A stretch of DNA of 58,386 nucleotides, the filler included, from Catajapyx aquilonaris (Eukaryota): the NCBI GenBank assembly GCA_000934665.2. It is 4 parts of 4 records of this genome, joined end to end, with 100 filler letters (N's around TTAATTAATTAA, not from the genome) between each part and the next. Parts side by side here need not be neighbours in the genome. Positions count along the whole stretch, not along the records: positions 1 to 14,337 come from JYFJ02007813.1; positions 14,438 to 28,764 come from JYFJ02007814.1; 2 more parts are not named here. The stretch is one strand, 5' to 3'. Of this stretch, positions 1-22,300 are shown in pieces; positions within the stretch are counted from its first letter, which is position 1; every line of letters begins with the position of its first letter. The notes under the pieces are model-generated. The model saw only the letters and a list, made by a program, of their open reading frames with translations. It did no database searches and was not told where the DNA came from. The position numbers and the translations under genes are program-made.

Positions 1-239
1 TGTTGTTGACAGCAGTCTCCCAGGCGACGGTGTATTGGCCATGATGGAGCAGGAACACCCAGAACTTGCGACTGTTCAGACGGGCAGCTGGTCACTGTTG
101 TGGGTTAGTGCTCACCCTTGCGGGCATGAGCACAGCCTTTATTATTCAAGTTGTTACATTTTTGGAATCATTTTACGAAACGCCTGGGCCCATGGGCGGG
201 ATGACCGGAGGGGATGTGAAAAGTGCAGTGCAATGCTGT

Positions 240-425
240 ACTAGGTCATTTTGTGAACTCCCCCGGGTGGATGTGTCTATTGGATATTCCACCCATGCAG
301 AAACGAAGCCAGAGACGACCCACACTCTGCACGAGATGAAGGGGGTGTCCCCGGGCGGGATTAGATCCCAGGACCTTAACATTCGTGGGCGCACACGTTA
401 CCGCGGCGCCACTCCGTCTCCCCCA
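240..425 (-). mobile_element. tRNA-derived SINE, family A (5' part)
   Basis: A-box/B-box-like head (GGAGTGGCGCCGCGG...GGGATCTAATCCC). Shares GTCATTTTGTGAACTCCCCCGGGTGGAT and other blocks with the copy at 6322-6668. Confidence 0.75.
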
Positions 426-1730
426 CAAGCTGGTATACACTATGCAGTAAACCTGGGAGAGTGCACACTGTAAGAGAACATTAAAACATTACAAAATGAG
501 TTTGTTTTGTCAACTTTTATTAACAAGAAGACTTGTCAGAATGGTCCGATTATACATGCTGAAGTGGGAACAGCTAGCTGTAAGAAAATCTAGAAGGTCA
601 TAAAATCAATCATTTTGGGCCATGTAGATTTTGTGGGTAGGGCTAGACAACTATATAGCATTTAAAGACCTGAAATGAAGAATGACCAGCGTCACATTTG
701 ACTGATATTGAGATACGAAGATATGACGCTTGAAAATTACATAACTCCTTATGGGGTGTTATTTTATTTCTGGAGTTTCTCTGGGGAGCTAGAATTTCTC
801 TATCAGAAATCTGATTTACTGCCATCAGAAAGTACAAGTAGTATCTTCGAGAATTATACGAGGGCTGGATATCAAAATATTAACTTATCACCTTTCTAAT
901 GAGTGCAAGATTTATTGTCACGGACAGCTCCATCAGCAGAGCCATTCTTGTTGAGGTGCAACAGTGCGACCTATTCTACCGCCTCCCAGAAAAATGTCGC
1001 ATCTGCACATTTTTATAAGGTTGTTTTTTTTTATAGTTGCCTGATCAAAGCATGTGCACAGTATGCGATATTTTTTGGTAGGACAGCAGAAATGCTGTCA
1101 AGATATCAGAACTATTTTTTTATCAAAGCTTGCTTAGCCTCTATTTTATTTCTGGTAAATCATGTGAACTTCAAGTTGATAATAATGATGCACAAGTAGC
1201 CTCAAAAAATTATGAAACAATCCGCTGAGTTTCCTGTCAGAAAACGCTCTCCAAGCAGCTCTTCCAACTTTGAAATGTGACTTTAACACCTCATGCTTCC
1301 TCAAGCCATAGTGAACAATGCCAATGACAAACACTGTCTTGCACTTTAATTCATGTATACCTCGTGCCAAATTGGGAAATATTGTATTTAGGGCAGTCCT
1401 GTCTGACAAGACTAACTTATTCATATCCTCGCAGACTAGTTTTGTAATGCTATTAAATTGCGAAATTGCGAACCCAGTCAACCTACGACTTGCTGCACAA
1501 CCTACTACTATAGGCCCAAACCCATCTACTCTATAGTACACCATCAGGTATTCTTACAGAGAAGGGTGATAGTATTTCTAATAATTTATGTGCAACCCCC
1601 GCATTAAGCAATATCTACCTCAATTAGACCAAAATACGACTCTGATCGTCCTGAATTTCATGTTTTCACTTGTATTAAGTATCGGACCTACTGTTGTAAA
1701 ATTAACAATTTCCATGCGTGATACTAACCG

Positions 1731-11941
<10,211 letters not shown>

Positions 11942-13297
11942 AGCCACTGGAAAGGAGTAACACTCTTTGAAAATCTAACACGCTGTCATTACTATGTTAT
12001 AATGAGTATCTTAGTAATTATTATGTTTTTCATGATAATACCGAATTGTCACCTGGCACTGCTGTCCATTGAATGCAGATGAAATAACTGATATCAATCA
12101 GTCCCCACGGACTTCCTTGGCACTTTTAATGACCCCAATCTTGGTGTTACTACAGTGATTATCAGCCATGTAAGATTGCTAATCTTGTGTACCTATGCAG
12201 ACCTACAAAGATAACTTTTTGTAAATTATGCAACCATAATGTAAAACTGATTATTATGCTGCCACATGTCGGCACTACCCGCCCTTCTACGGTGTAAGGT
12301 TTAAAAAAATTGAAGGGGTCTCTGCAATAATCAAAGTAAGTACAGTACTGGTGAGGGCAGGCCAGGAACCTCCTAACTCCACAAAAAAATATGTCAACAA
12401 GATCTGCCCCGGGGCCAGACCCCCAGACGCGAGCAAGCCGAGGCCATTTAATGGGCAGGGATTGACCAGTCCCGCCCGGTCCCGCCTCTGCACTCATTTC
12501 GCCGACATTTTGATGGCAGGCCAAAATTGGCCGCGATAGGCGCGCATCTGGAAATTGGTCAACTGCCCACTTTCCCGTTCAGAGCCCCCTAGCGGTTTCA
12601 TCTCTCCTCAGTTCCAATATGGCGGCGAAATGTGAACAAGACCGATCGGGCTCCGATCTTTTACATGTGTTTTCGTCGGCAGTCTTCCGATGGCCATAAC
12701 TTGTTAATTACGAGGTCGAGAAAAAAAAACCCGTCACGTTAAAGCCCGAATTCCCGCCAACTAGCCTGTGTTAAAAGTGAAGCCTCACCACCTGAAGAAC
12801 GAATTTGCTGCACTTCATTGCAAAACTTCGGTGCTTTGGTGTTTTCTTGAACGCAGTTCAGCCTTTGGCCGCTATAGGGACCGTGGCACCGTGCGTCTGG
12901 GAAATTTCTGACATGCAGCGCCTCTCGTGGCCAACTGCGGCGTAAATGGGTAGGATTTGAGCGGCGGACCGGGAGCTTTGGTTTGTGCGAGGGTTTGGGT
13001 GTGCTGGAGATGGGAGACTCCACAACCGCAGCAGGGGCGACCGGGCGAGTATGGGGGCGGCCCCCGTAGTTGTTACGTATGATCGGCTTTCGTCCCGTTC
13101 GGGTGGTGGCCTCGACCTGCACAACTCAGGGCATGTCTTGCATCTGAGGGAGGTATTCGGAGACGACAGCACCGCGTCCGGTACCTGCGTACTACCCGGA
13201 ACTATGACGTGTGCAGGGCTTAAAGACCATAGTCTGCAGCCCAGTGGTAACTTACCACGTGGTAGCAACCATGGCAACGTATCTAAAATATGTTGTA

Positions 13298-13515
13298 AGG
13301 TGAAGTGGGGGAAGTGCACACCCGGGGTAAGTGCACATATTGTGCCGCCATATTGGAATAAAAATGGCTGACTACGACACCAAAACGCGTCAGCTATGTA
13401 GCTGCACTGTGTAGCTACATAGCTGACGCGTTTTGGTGTCGTCAGCCATTTTCATTCCAATATGGCGGCACAATATGTGCACTTACCCCGGGTGTGCACT
13501 TCCCCCACTTCACCT
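13298..13515. mobile_element. Near-perfect palindromic MITE flanked by TA
   Basis: Arms of about 105 bp, AGGTGAAGTGGGGGAAGTGCACACCCGGGG...CCCCGGGTGTGCACTTCCCCCACTTCACCT, with almost no spacer. Confidence 0.85.
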
Positions 13516-13599
13516 TACTCCTTTTTGACTAGTTGCCGACGTTACGCCGCAAAATGAATTATTTTCATGACACTTCTCGGAGGCCAAAAAATGGGTGGA

Positions 13600-13697
13600 C
13601 GGAATAACGTCGACCGGAATAGTGTCGAATCGGAATAATGTCGAAGGAATAACGCCGACCGGAATAGTGTCGAATCGGAATAACGTCGAATCGGATG
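13600..13697. repeat. Short tandem array of a 13-15-bp unit (CGGAATAA/GTGTCGAAT), probably MITE subterminal repeats
   Basis: About six imperfect copies of cggaataacgtcga(at/c). Confidence 0.7.
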
Positions 13698-13843
13698 TAA
13701 AACGCACCCACTTTTTTCTCCGCCTCTGACTATCTCTCCCTGCGTTCAACCCAAGTTCCTCTGTCTGACGCTAGAGGTCACAAGAGTCCAGAATGATACC
13801 ACGAGTGATACTATAAAATAATTATGTAATTAGGTGTTTATTA

Positions 13844-14057
13844 AAGCCGGTATCCACGATAGAGTTTCTCTCATAAGAGTCCTCTTACGCGAGAAATCTT
13901 GTACGTCGAGACGGACTCTTTGTCGCCTCAGGGCCCCTGTTGTCCCTCTAAAAGGGGATTAAAGTTGAAAATTTTCAACTTTTCCTCTTTCCTCGTATCC
14001 GGGCATGCGCAGTTGGCTCCTCTTATGAGAGAAAACTCTTACGTCGGTACCGGCTTT
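13844..14057. mobile_element. MITE with about 35-bp imperfect TIR
   Basis: AAGCCGGTATCCACGATAGAGTTTCTCTCATAAGAG versus CTCTTATGAGAGAAAACTCTTACGTCGGTACCGGCTT. Confidence 0.7.
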
Positions 14058-14337
14058 TAGACTAGTAATTATGTACCAGTAGACGCTCCCCTCCCGTTTA
14101 CAATCAAGCGCAAGCGCAAAAGGGAGGCGGGAATACGAATTAGCGTGGCGCCTTATGGCGATTCCGACTCGCTTTGCGCCGTCACTGGGAGGCGCCTATT
14201 GGGACTAAAAATATGCAATGAGTACCAAATGAAAGCCCCGCTCAAGCCCCGTCTCATGCCGTACATCTCCATCCGAGAGGTTGAGCAGGGAATCTGTTAC
14301 ACGAGGACATACAAAACCCTACCCGTGGTCATTGCTT

Positions 14338-14437
14338 NNNNNNNNNNNNNNNNNNNNNNNNNNNNNNNNNNNNNNNNNNNNTTAATTAATTAANNNNNNN
14401 NNNNNNNNNNNNNNNNNNNNNNNNNNNNNNNNNNNNN
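14338..14437. other. Artificial contig linker (44 N + TTAATTAATTAA + 44 N)
   Basis: Exactly 100 bp, stops in all six frames, identical at three places in the window. Confidence 0.97.
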
Positions 14438-16333
14438 AGTTATAACTAATATAACTGATGTAACTATGGTAGTATGATAGCAATATATTGGTTATAACTA
14501 TAGTATGTGTGATGTAACCAATATAACTACTATGCAATAACTGATATCACAATGCAGTTTCGCACCAAATGTCAAGCAAAAAAATCTGGAGCTTGTTCCT
14601 ATCTGTTATTATAGCTACCTCTAAATATAGGCTACCGTCTGCCAAAATAGCAGCGTTAAAACTCGCGGCCCGGGTCTAAATAATCCCATATTGTTATAAC
14701 TTGGTGAGACCAAATTTTATCAAAATATTGTGCTTTATCTTTGACTGGACGACTGACAATGGATGACGGTGAAAAATTGTGACCATGTACATTATTGGGC
14801 TGTCATTGGATGGCGGGCGGCTCTGGATCGGTGGTGGTGGTGGTGGTGTTACACTGAACACCTATCCGTATAATGCTTACATCAAGTCAAGGTGGGGTGG
14901 AGGGCCCATATTCAAAGCTGAAAGATCTGTATATGAAGAATGCTGCAGAGATTATTAATTTCTGTGCTGCAGGTTCAGATAGCCACATTTAGAGCTTCTC
15001 TCTCACTCCAGCATGTGCCCCGAGACGATGGACCTGCACCGAACTGTATAGTTAGTTATGGTTTAAAGTCTACCGCAAAAAATAATGATAATTATCCGAG
15101 CACAATTAACCGCAATTGTAGGCATAAAACTACCCGCGTCCATGCAGCCCGCCGTATATAAAGCGGCAGGCAGGAGAGGTGAACATCTGTCGACAGCAGT
15201 GCCGCCTGGCGGTGCGGCGTTCGATTTTTTGGGAGGCTGAGCTTTTCCGTTGGAGGGATACCCGATCGGCATACTAGTTTATTCTAGGTACTATAACAAT
15301 GGGTACAACAATCGTGACGTCATGATATGGCTTCCCTCCCGTCGATTTCGTATTTCCAAACCTGCCTACTTGCAGGCCGACCGCAACATTTGCAGCCGCA
15401 CGAAAACGGTGTTCTTTTTAGCTCGCGCCGTAACCATGGCGACGAAACGCAGGTAACTTGTTTACTGCAAGTACTTGCAGGCAGGCGTTCATTTTACAGC
15501 CCTAATTCCGTAAGTACGGCAAAAATATTCAAATTCGTGCGTGTTCTTGTAGTGAAGTGCCATGGCCGCCAAAACCATCAAAGATGGCGGACCTTTACGG
15601 CCTGCCTGTACCCTATTTATACCTCGTTGGCATTACCCCCACTTCAAAATGGCCGCCAGCCTTGGCAACGCCCCAAACAGAGAGACGCGTGAATCGTATG
15701 TTTGCGCCTCTTATGTAGTATATGCTCCCTGATACGGCAGTAGAAAGTGATCGTCAAGCAAATGTGAAAGTGATATGGGTCGATTGTAGATAATTTCCCT
15801 TTGATAGGATATGAAATACTAACGTCCCTCTTCGTCATAAGTCCACTACAGCGAGCCACCCGATGGCAATGCATGTTACACACACAGAAGACAAAGAGGG
15901 CACGCTTTGAAATGCAAAGGATTCTGGGCCACCGGGGGTGACACTGTCGGAAAGTAATACGACAAAGAGAACTATGGAACACATGCTTGTTTTTTATCTG
16001 CTTATCAGCTAGAGCCGGGGGCCACCTGCCGAAGACAGCCAAAGGAAGCTATGGACTCCAGTATAAAGGTGATGGACCACATTACTATGCATAGGGCCCG
16101 TGGCCAATATTGAAACCTGACAAGCCATTTCCAGGGAGGTCAGCAGGTATTCTTGTATTGATAAATCTGGTATTTTCTTAAATCTTGTTTCTCTATCTTG
16201 ATCCCAATACACAACATCCAGGTGTATGATCCCGGAGTAGCAAGTCTATGACCCCTTGATCCCAGCCTGACAACTGGGTGATGACAATACTGTATAATCA
16301 GAAAATCTGCAATATCCAAGAGATGATAGTTAC

Positions 16334-19300
16334 CAAGTCAATGTTCTGAACTATATCTTGAAAGCCTGGATGATTGCGGAAGCTGTCAAATACATCTCTC
16401 TTGTAGAGTAGAGTGTAGATTAAGTTGTGATTTTCAGCTAGTTGATTACTAAGGATGGAGTTGATTATTTCCAGCACCATGCGAAGAACTTCTTCCAACA
16501 CAGTTAAGTCCTGCATCTGAAAAAGCACCAGAATTTAAAAGGGTAAGTCATGAACTATGTCAGCAACATAATAACATTAATGATCAATGGTTCTCATACT
16601 CAGGGTCACAACCCAAGGGAGAGACTTAGAGGTAGGGTAAAGCGGGATAGGTGCGTAAATGGGGCAAAGTATGTAAATATCTTTTGCAGAATTTCTGATG
16701 AGTCTTGCATCTCATGCTGCGTAACAGCTCTGGGACTGTACATAAGAGGTTAAAGTGTACTATTAATCTGTAATTGTTCTGTTTTGGTGGAATAATTAGG
16801 ATCGTTTTCAAAAAGGGGTGTCACATTTGCCCTTAAATAGACATGGTCAGGGGCATTGGGCAAGTGTGTCAAATAGTTATACGCATATATTGACAGAATT
16901 GCAATATTGGAGGAATAAAGATTGCGGGCTCCAAAAGAGGCCACAAGACATCTTTTTGTGGTCACCAATGGATATTCCGCGACTGGCTACAGGCTAATAT
17001 TTTGAACAGTGGTTTGAAAACACTTCGACATGATGCATTTAAAGGCCGGTTTCACCGAGCTCAGTATATTGTAAATCAGAGTTTCTTTTCGAAAAATCCT
17101 CTGTTTTCATTGTTGACAACAATGGTTGCTCTGGGAATTCTTGATGTAACAGAGGTTTTAAGTTATACTGTGAGCTCGGTGAAACAGGCCCTAAAGCAGA
17201 TAATGCCAGTGCTGTAAGCCAACCTGCTGCGGAGCAGTGAATAAAAGTTTGTACTGAAAGAACTAGTTGGTATATTTTTATTAGGAAAACACAGACTGGC
17301 AGAGGAAAGGATGAGGCCCAAAATACATGGGCGAGTGGCCTTCCGTTCGATTTGCCTGAAAATAGGATATGTTGTGGCCCAGACCATCCTGATCAATGTT
17401 GGATAGGTACATTTCGAGGTAGGACCTACAGGGAGCATGCTAATGACCTCCACAGGTAATAGGGGGAGTAGTAGACTACAATAAGTCTCAGGAACTCAAT
17501 GGTTATTACATTAAATTATCTATTAATCTTTATTACCTATTCACCTGGTTCAAATTCTACTCCTTGAAGGTTGTCACCTGGAGTTTCCTCCAGCTGCACT
17601 TCAACATTCATTGGGTCAATGTAAGAAAGCGAGGTTTCTCTCTCAGCAGTCTTCTAGCCTCTTCGATGAATAGCAATTAGCATGCTCCCTGTAGGTCCTA
17701 CCTCGAAATGTCCCTATCCAACATTGATCAGGATGGTCTGGGCTGCAACATATCCGATTTTCAGCCAAATCGAACGGAAAACCAGAGCATATCCCATATG
17801 ACCTTCGGAGGTCAATAGCGCGCTCCCCGTAGGTCCTACCTCGAAATGTCCCTATCCAACATTGATCAGGATGGTCTGGGCCACAACATATCCAATTTTC
17901 AGGCAAATCGAACGGAAGGCCACTCGCCCATATATTTTGTGCCTCATCCTTTGTGTCTTTGTGGCACTAGTGCTATGCAACCCAAAAAATGTTTATTACT
18001 CCGAAATAATTCCACTATCGCACTTACCCCATATCGTGGGGCAAGTTCGTCACTGTGCACCACGTGCATGTTTTAATTATTTTTCGGAGCACCCATATAA
18101 ATGAATGGTATGCAATAGGCCACTTGGAAAGCCAAGAAGGTAAGATATATTGTCCATTACTTTTTTTCTCACTTGCTAATTACTGAAGAAGTAGCATGCC
18201 TTTAAACTGCAACTTAACTAAATCCATCTGCAATTACCCCACTTTACCCTATATGTTACTCAAGTTAGTGAGACAGTCTCAGATATTTAATTTTTACAAA
18301 AATCATCAGAGATTACCACCAAGCAGTTACTTAAAAAACAATTCAGAAGAACCTCCATAAAGACTTGAATGCAACATGACATGAATCTTATTATGGCAGG
18401 TCTTTCACACCATATCCTCATCAACAGTCTAGATTTCTGCGTTGAAATTGCTTTCCAAGTCTTCTGACCTCGAGGCTTATTGTTGTAAGCAGGTATCTTC
18501 AAATATCCCCATTCGCGGCTCCATGGCAGGTAAAAACAGAATACCCAGTTTCGCGCGACACCTGTCACAGTGAATTTTTTGGTGATGTCTGTGCTTCACT
18601 TCTTCGATTTTTTATTCCTTTAAATGAGGTCATCTGCCACTATATTGGTCCAAAACACTCACTGTCATAGCAACAATCTAGACTATTAATGTCAATATGC
18701 TGGGGAGGACCTTCAATAATAAGGAGCGTCACATTGCATTCGAGTGCATATGGAGGTCTGTCCAGGTCAATTCCAGCATTCATAGTCAATTGTGATATAT
18801 TCTCATGAACTAAGGTCAGTCTTAAACAAAAGGTCATGTTTCGAGGTAAAGAAGGAAGAAAAATGCATAGTTGGTTCTTTGGGACGACTACCTAGTGCAG
18901 TGGTTTACAAACTGGGGTACGCGAACACAATTTCAGGGGTACGCGGAAGATATCGTGCAATGGCGACCAGTCTCTACATTTGTGGGAACCATATGCTGAA
19001 GTAGAAATAATGAAGTAGAATGAACTTCTGAGAAAAACAAAAAACCGTCCTACTCATTCCCATCTTTCTTTTTGCTATTACAGTGAAACCTGCCCATAAG
19101 GGGTCGTCCATATACCACGTGACCGTTTTTTTTTTTTTTGGGGGGNAATTCACGTGGTATCTCTGAACACAGTGAATTGGCACATATGGGAGCTTTTGCA
19201 GATGCACATGGGTTCAAAATAACCTAAAATTCGAAATCAGCGACCCCGAAAACATGGGGAGACATGTTTTTTACGTGCTTAAACAGTTTAGTTGCGGAGC

Positions 19301-22300
19301 TGTCAATTTCGATCGCGTTTTTTCGACATTTAAAAAAACCACGTGAAAAAGGGGGGGGGGGTGTCCAATGGATACCACGGTCGGTCACTGGGGGGGAGGG
19401 GGGGTCAAAAAGTGCCCGAAAATCAGTCACGTGGTATATTGACGACCCCTAACGGACCCTGGATATAGCGGAAACCTATACATTAGGGAATTTTTTTCAG
19501 GGAACGGGCATATGCATAGGGCATGCAATGTATTTTTGACGGGTATAATGGAACCTGCCCAACACGGAAATGGGAGGGATTTTTGCCTCCCTTCAGAGAA
19601 AATCCCTGTTCATAACGGAAATCAAAAGGTTCACATTTTCTCCCGAGAGTCACAAAAATAGAAACTACAGCTGAGTTCCCTCTCGGCCCTCCCAGGTGGC
19701 CTCTGAGTAACCCTTTTTGGACTGTCCGTGTGTCTCATAATGGGGAACTAGCCTTGGTCTGGGGTCTGGGATCTGGGATTTTTGTTCATAACTAGCTAGC
19801 CCATGCCTGTAAACACACATTCCACCACTCTGTTGCATCAAAATGACATCACTGGATAAATGGCGGCATATATTTAAAAGTGCCTTCAAAATTGGCAGGA
19901 AAAACGGGGCAGAGGGGTGGTGCCAATCGAAAGGGTACACTGAAATGCCTGGTTGACTGTGAGATATGAGGAATTTGACTTTGAATTAACCGCGGACACG
20001 ACGGAAAGCATTCGCAAGGCGGCTGTAGGCCATCGAGGTGGAGAAGGGGGCCTTTATGTGCCGGATTCGGGAGACAGATAATTCCGAGCTGCTGGCATCA
20101 CTGCCACGCACGAAGCGCTCTGAGCGGATTCTAGTAAAAACACGCCCGTTACCTGGCAACTAAGTCAACACTTGGACCGCTAAAATGTCCAGCCAACAGC
20201 AGTGTCCAGCACAGTACAACGAATTATTTTACGACCCTGCTGGGGCGCGTTCTATAACATCATTTTTGCGTTCATTTCACTTCGCGTGACGTCAACATTT
20301 TCGAGGGAAACAGTGACGTCACCATTTCCCTTCGGAAAAACCCTAATTACTCCGGAACTGAAACTGATTTCTTAAAACGGAATATGCCGAAAAAATCCAA
20401 AAAATATGGGCGAATTTATTATGTAGTTTCCAAAATGAAGGCTAGTTCCCCATTGCTTGAATTGCTACCGGCCTTGAAGATAAAGGGTGGGGAAAGGGGA
20501 CTATTTTTGGTTGGGAAACTCGAAAAATGGCTGAGAAGCTGTGACTCATGTGATTCATAGCTGTACCTTTTAGTTCACAGTTCAGTCCAGTTTTAAAATG
20601 TCAGGGAAGAGGAAGGGCTGATGGTCCAATAGATCAGGCAAAATTATGATTTTTCACCATACTGAGGTAAGGTGCTTATTTTTGCTCTCCCCATTTTCCT
20701 CTCTTTCTCGCAGGCAAAAAAAAATAGTAACGTCCTTGATCTTAATATAGCGGAAACCTGTCCATAATGGAAAATTTTTGGGGTCCCGCGCGATTCCGCT
20801 ATATACACAGGTTTCACTGTATTATTAGGGCCTATACTAATAGTGAAGATTAATTAACTTATATGCAGATGCATTTTCTAACTGGTGGCATTTTCATTCA
20901 GCACACACATTGAAACTCAATAAGCAATATGGCAGTGTTAACTCGAAAATGCAAAAAGTGAGTGAAGTCCTTTTTGTTATTTCTGGTTCAATTCTACCAT
21001 TGAGCTTTGCGACGTTGTGAAGGATTTGAAAATAAACTCTTTGTGCACAGGCTAATCTACCTGGCCTAAAAAATTTCGAGTCTCAACGAATAAAACAGAG
21101 GGCTTCAAGACATCACCGGCAGTACATTTCATGTGCAAAACACAACCGAAGGAATGATCAAATAATTCCAGTTTTGGGAATGTTTATCAGGTAGCAAATT
21201 TGCTTGCATTTGCTTGTTGTCCAACAGTCTAAGAATTTCAAAGTGACAGTGGAGGCCCAGTGGAGGTCAGAGTCCAAGCAACATATTGGAGCACATGAAT
21301 CTATTGGCACAACAGTTTAGAAATTATTTTTCCGATATGGACATGCAAATCACTAAATGCATCAGGAGTGAGATTTATTTACCTCTCCCGAACATGTCAA
21401 TGCAGAATCAGGAAAAGGTCATCAATATTTCTACGAATGGAAGTTTTTAATTCGAAAAAATCCTTCTGAACTGTGGGGCGGAAAAATGGAAGTCTATCTG
21501 GGCCTGGCAACCAGTGCTCTGAAGTACAATACCATTTACTAACCACCTAATACTGAAGCAGAGTAGGTGAGGGGATATGGTATCCGGCTGCTAATCGGGA
21601 GGTCCGGGGATCAAATCCCGGGACCGGCAACTCTGACCGTGGTTTTCTGTGGTTTCCCACGGTCCCTCCAGGAAAATTCCAGAGTTGTTTCCGTAATTAA
21701 CAGGCCACAGCCGCTTCCTTCCACCCCTATCCCTTCCCAAAAAGCGAAGCAAAAAGTAAAAAGTAAAGAGTTCCTGACAAAAAAAATTGGGATGAACTCC
21801 CCCCCTAAGGGAGCCAATGGCTCTATCACGGGGTAAATTTATTCTAAATTATAAATAAATTTACTAACCACCTAATTATGTGAGGCTAGTTTTTTTCCCT
21901 TGAAAACAAAGTATCATCATCAACTCTGTGTTGAGAAAGACCTCAGGCTTAAATTGACGCCACTTTCCCCCAATATTAATCATAAGTGTGACGGAAAGAA
22001 AGCAACACACCCATCACACTAACTGATAAGTACCCACAATTGAAGGGTGCAGTGCAAGAGGGGCATGAGTCAAACGAACAAACACCTGACTCACGCCCCT
22101 CTTGCACTGCACCTTTCAATTACTATTTTCAGGTGACTGGTCAGTGGTCAGAGACAAACTCTCTTGACATATTTGAAAAGGGGTATGCGACAAAAAAAGT
22201 TTGGGAACCACTGACCTAGTGAAACACCCTGTAGTAGTAATAGTAGTACAGTATTATACTGCAGTACAGTGAAGCCTGGCCATTACGAAACATGGGTACA

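Noticed and set aside
903..1544. ORFs of 98-132 aa downstream of ABCC1
   Set aside because: No recognisable homology or splice structure; probably 3' UTR (minus-strand AATAAA at 516-521) or intergenic DNA.
13600..13697. CRISPR-like array
   Set aside because: Units are 13-15 bp, head-to-tail, with no unique spacers and no cas genes, in eukaryotic context.
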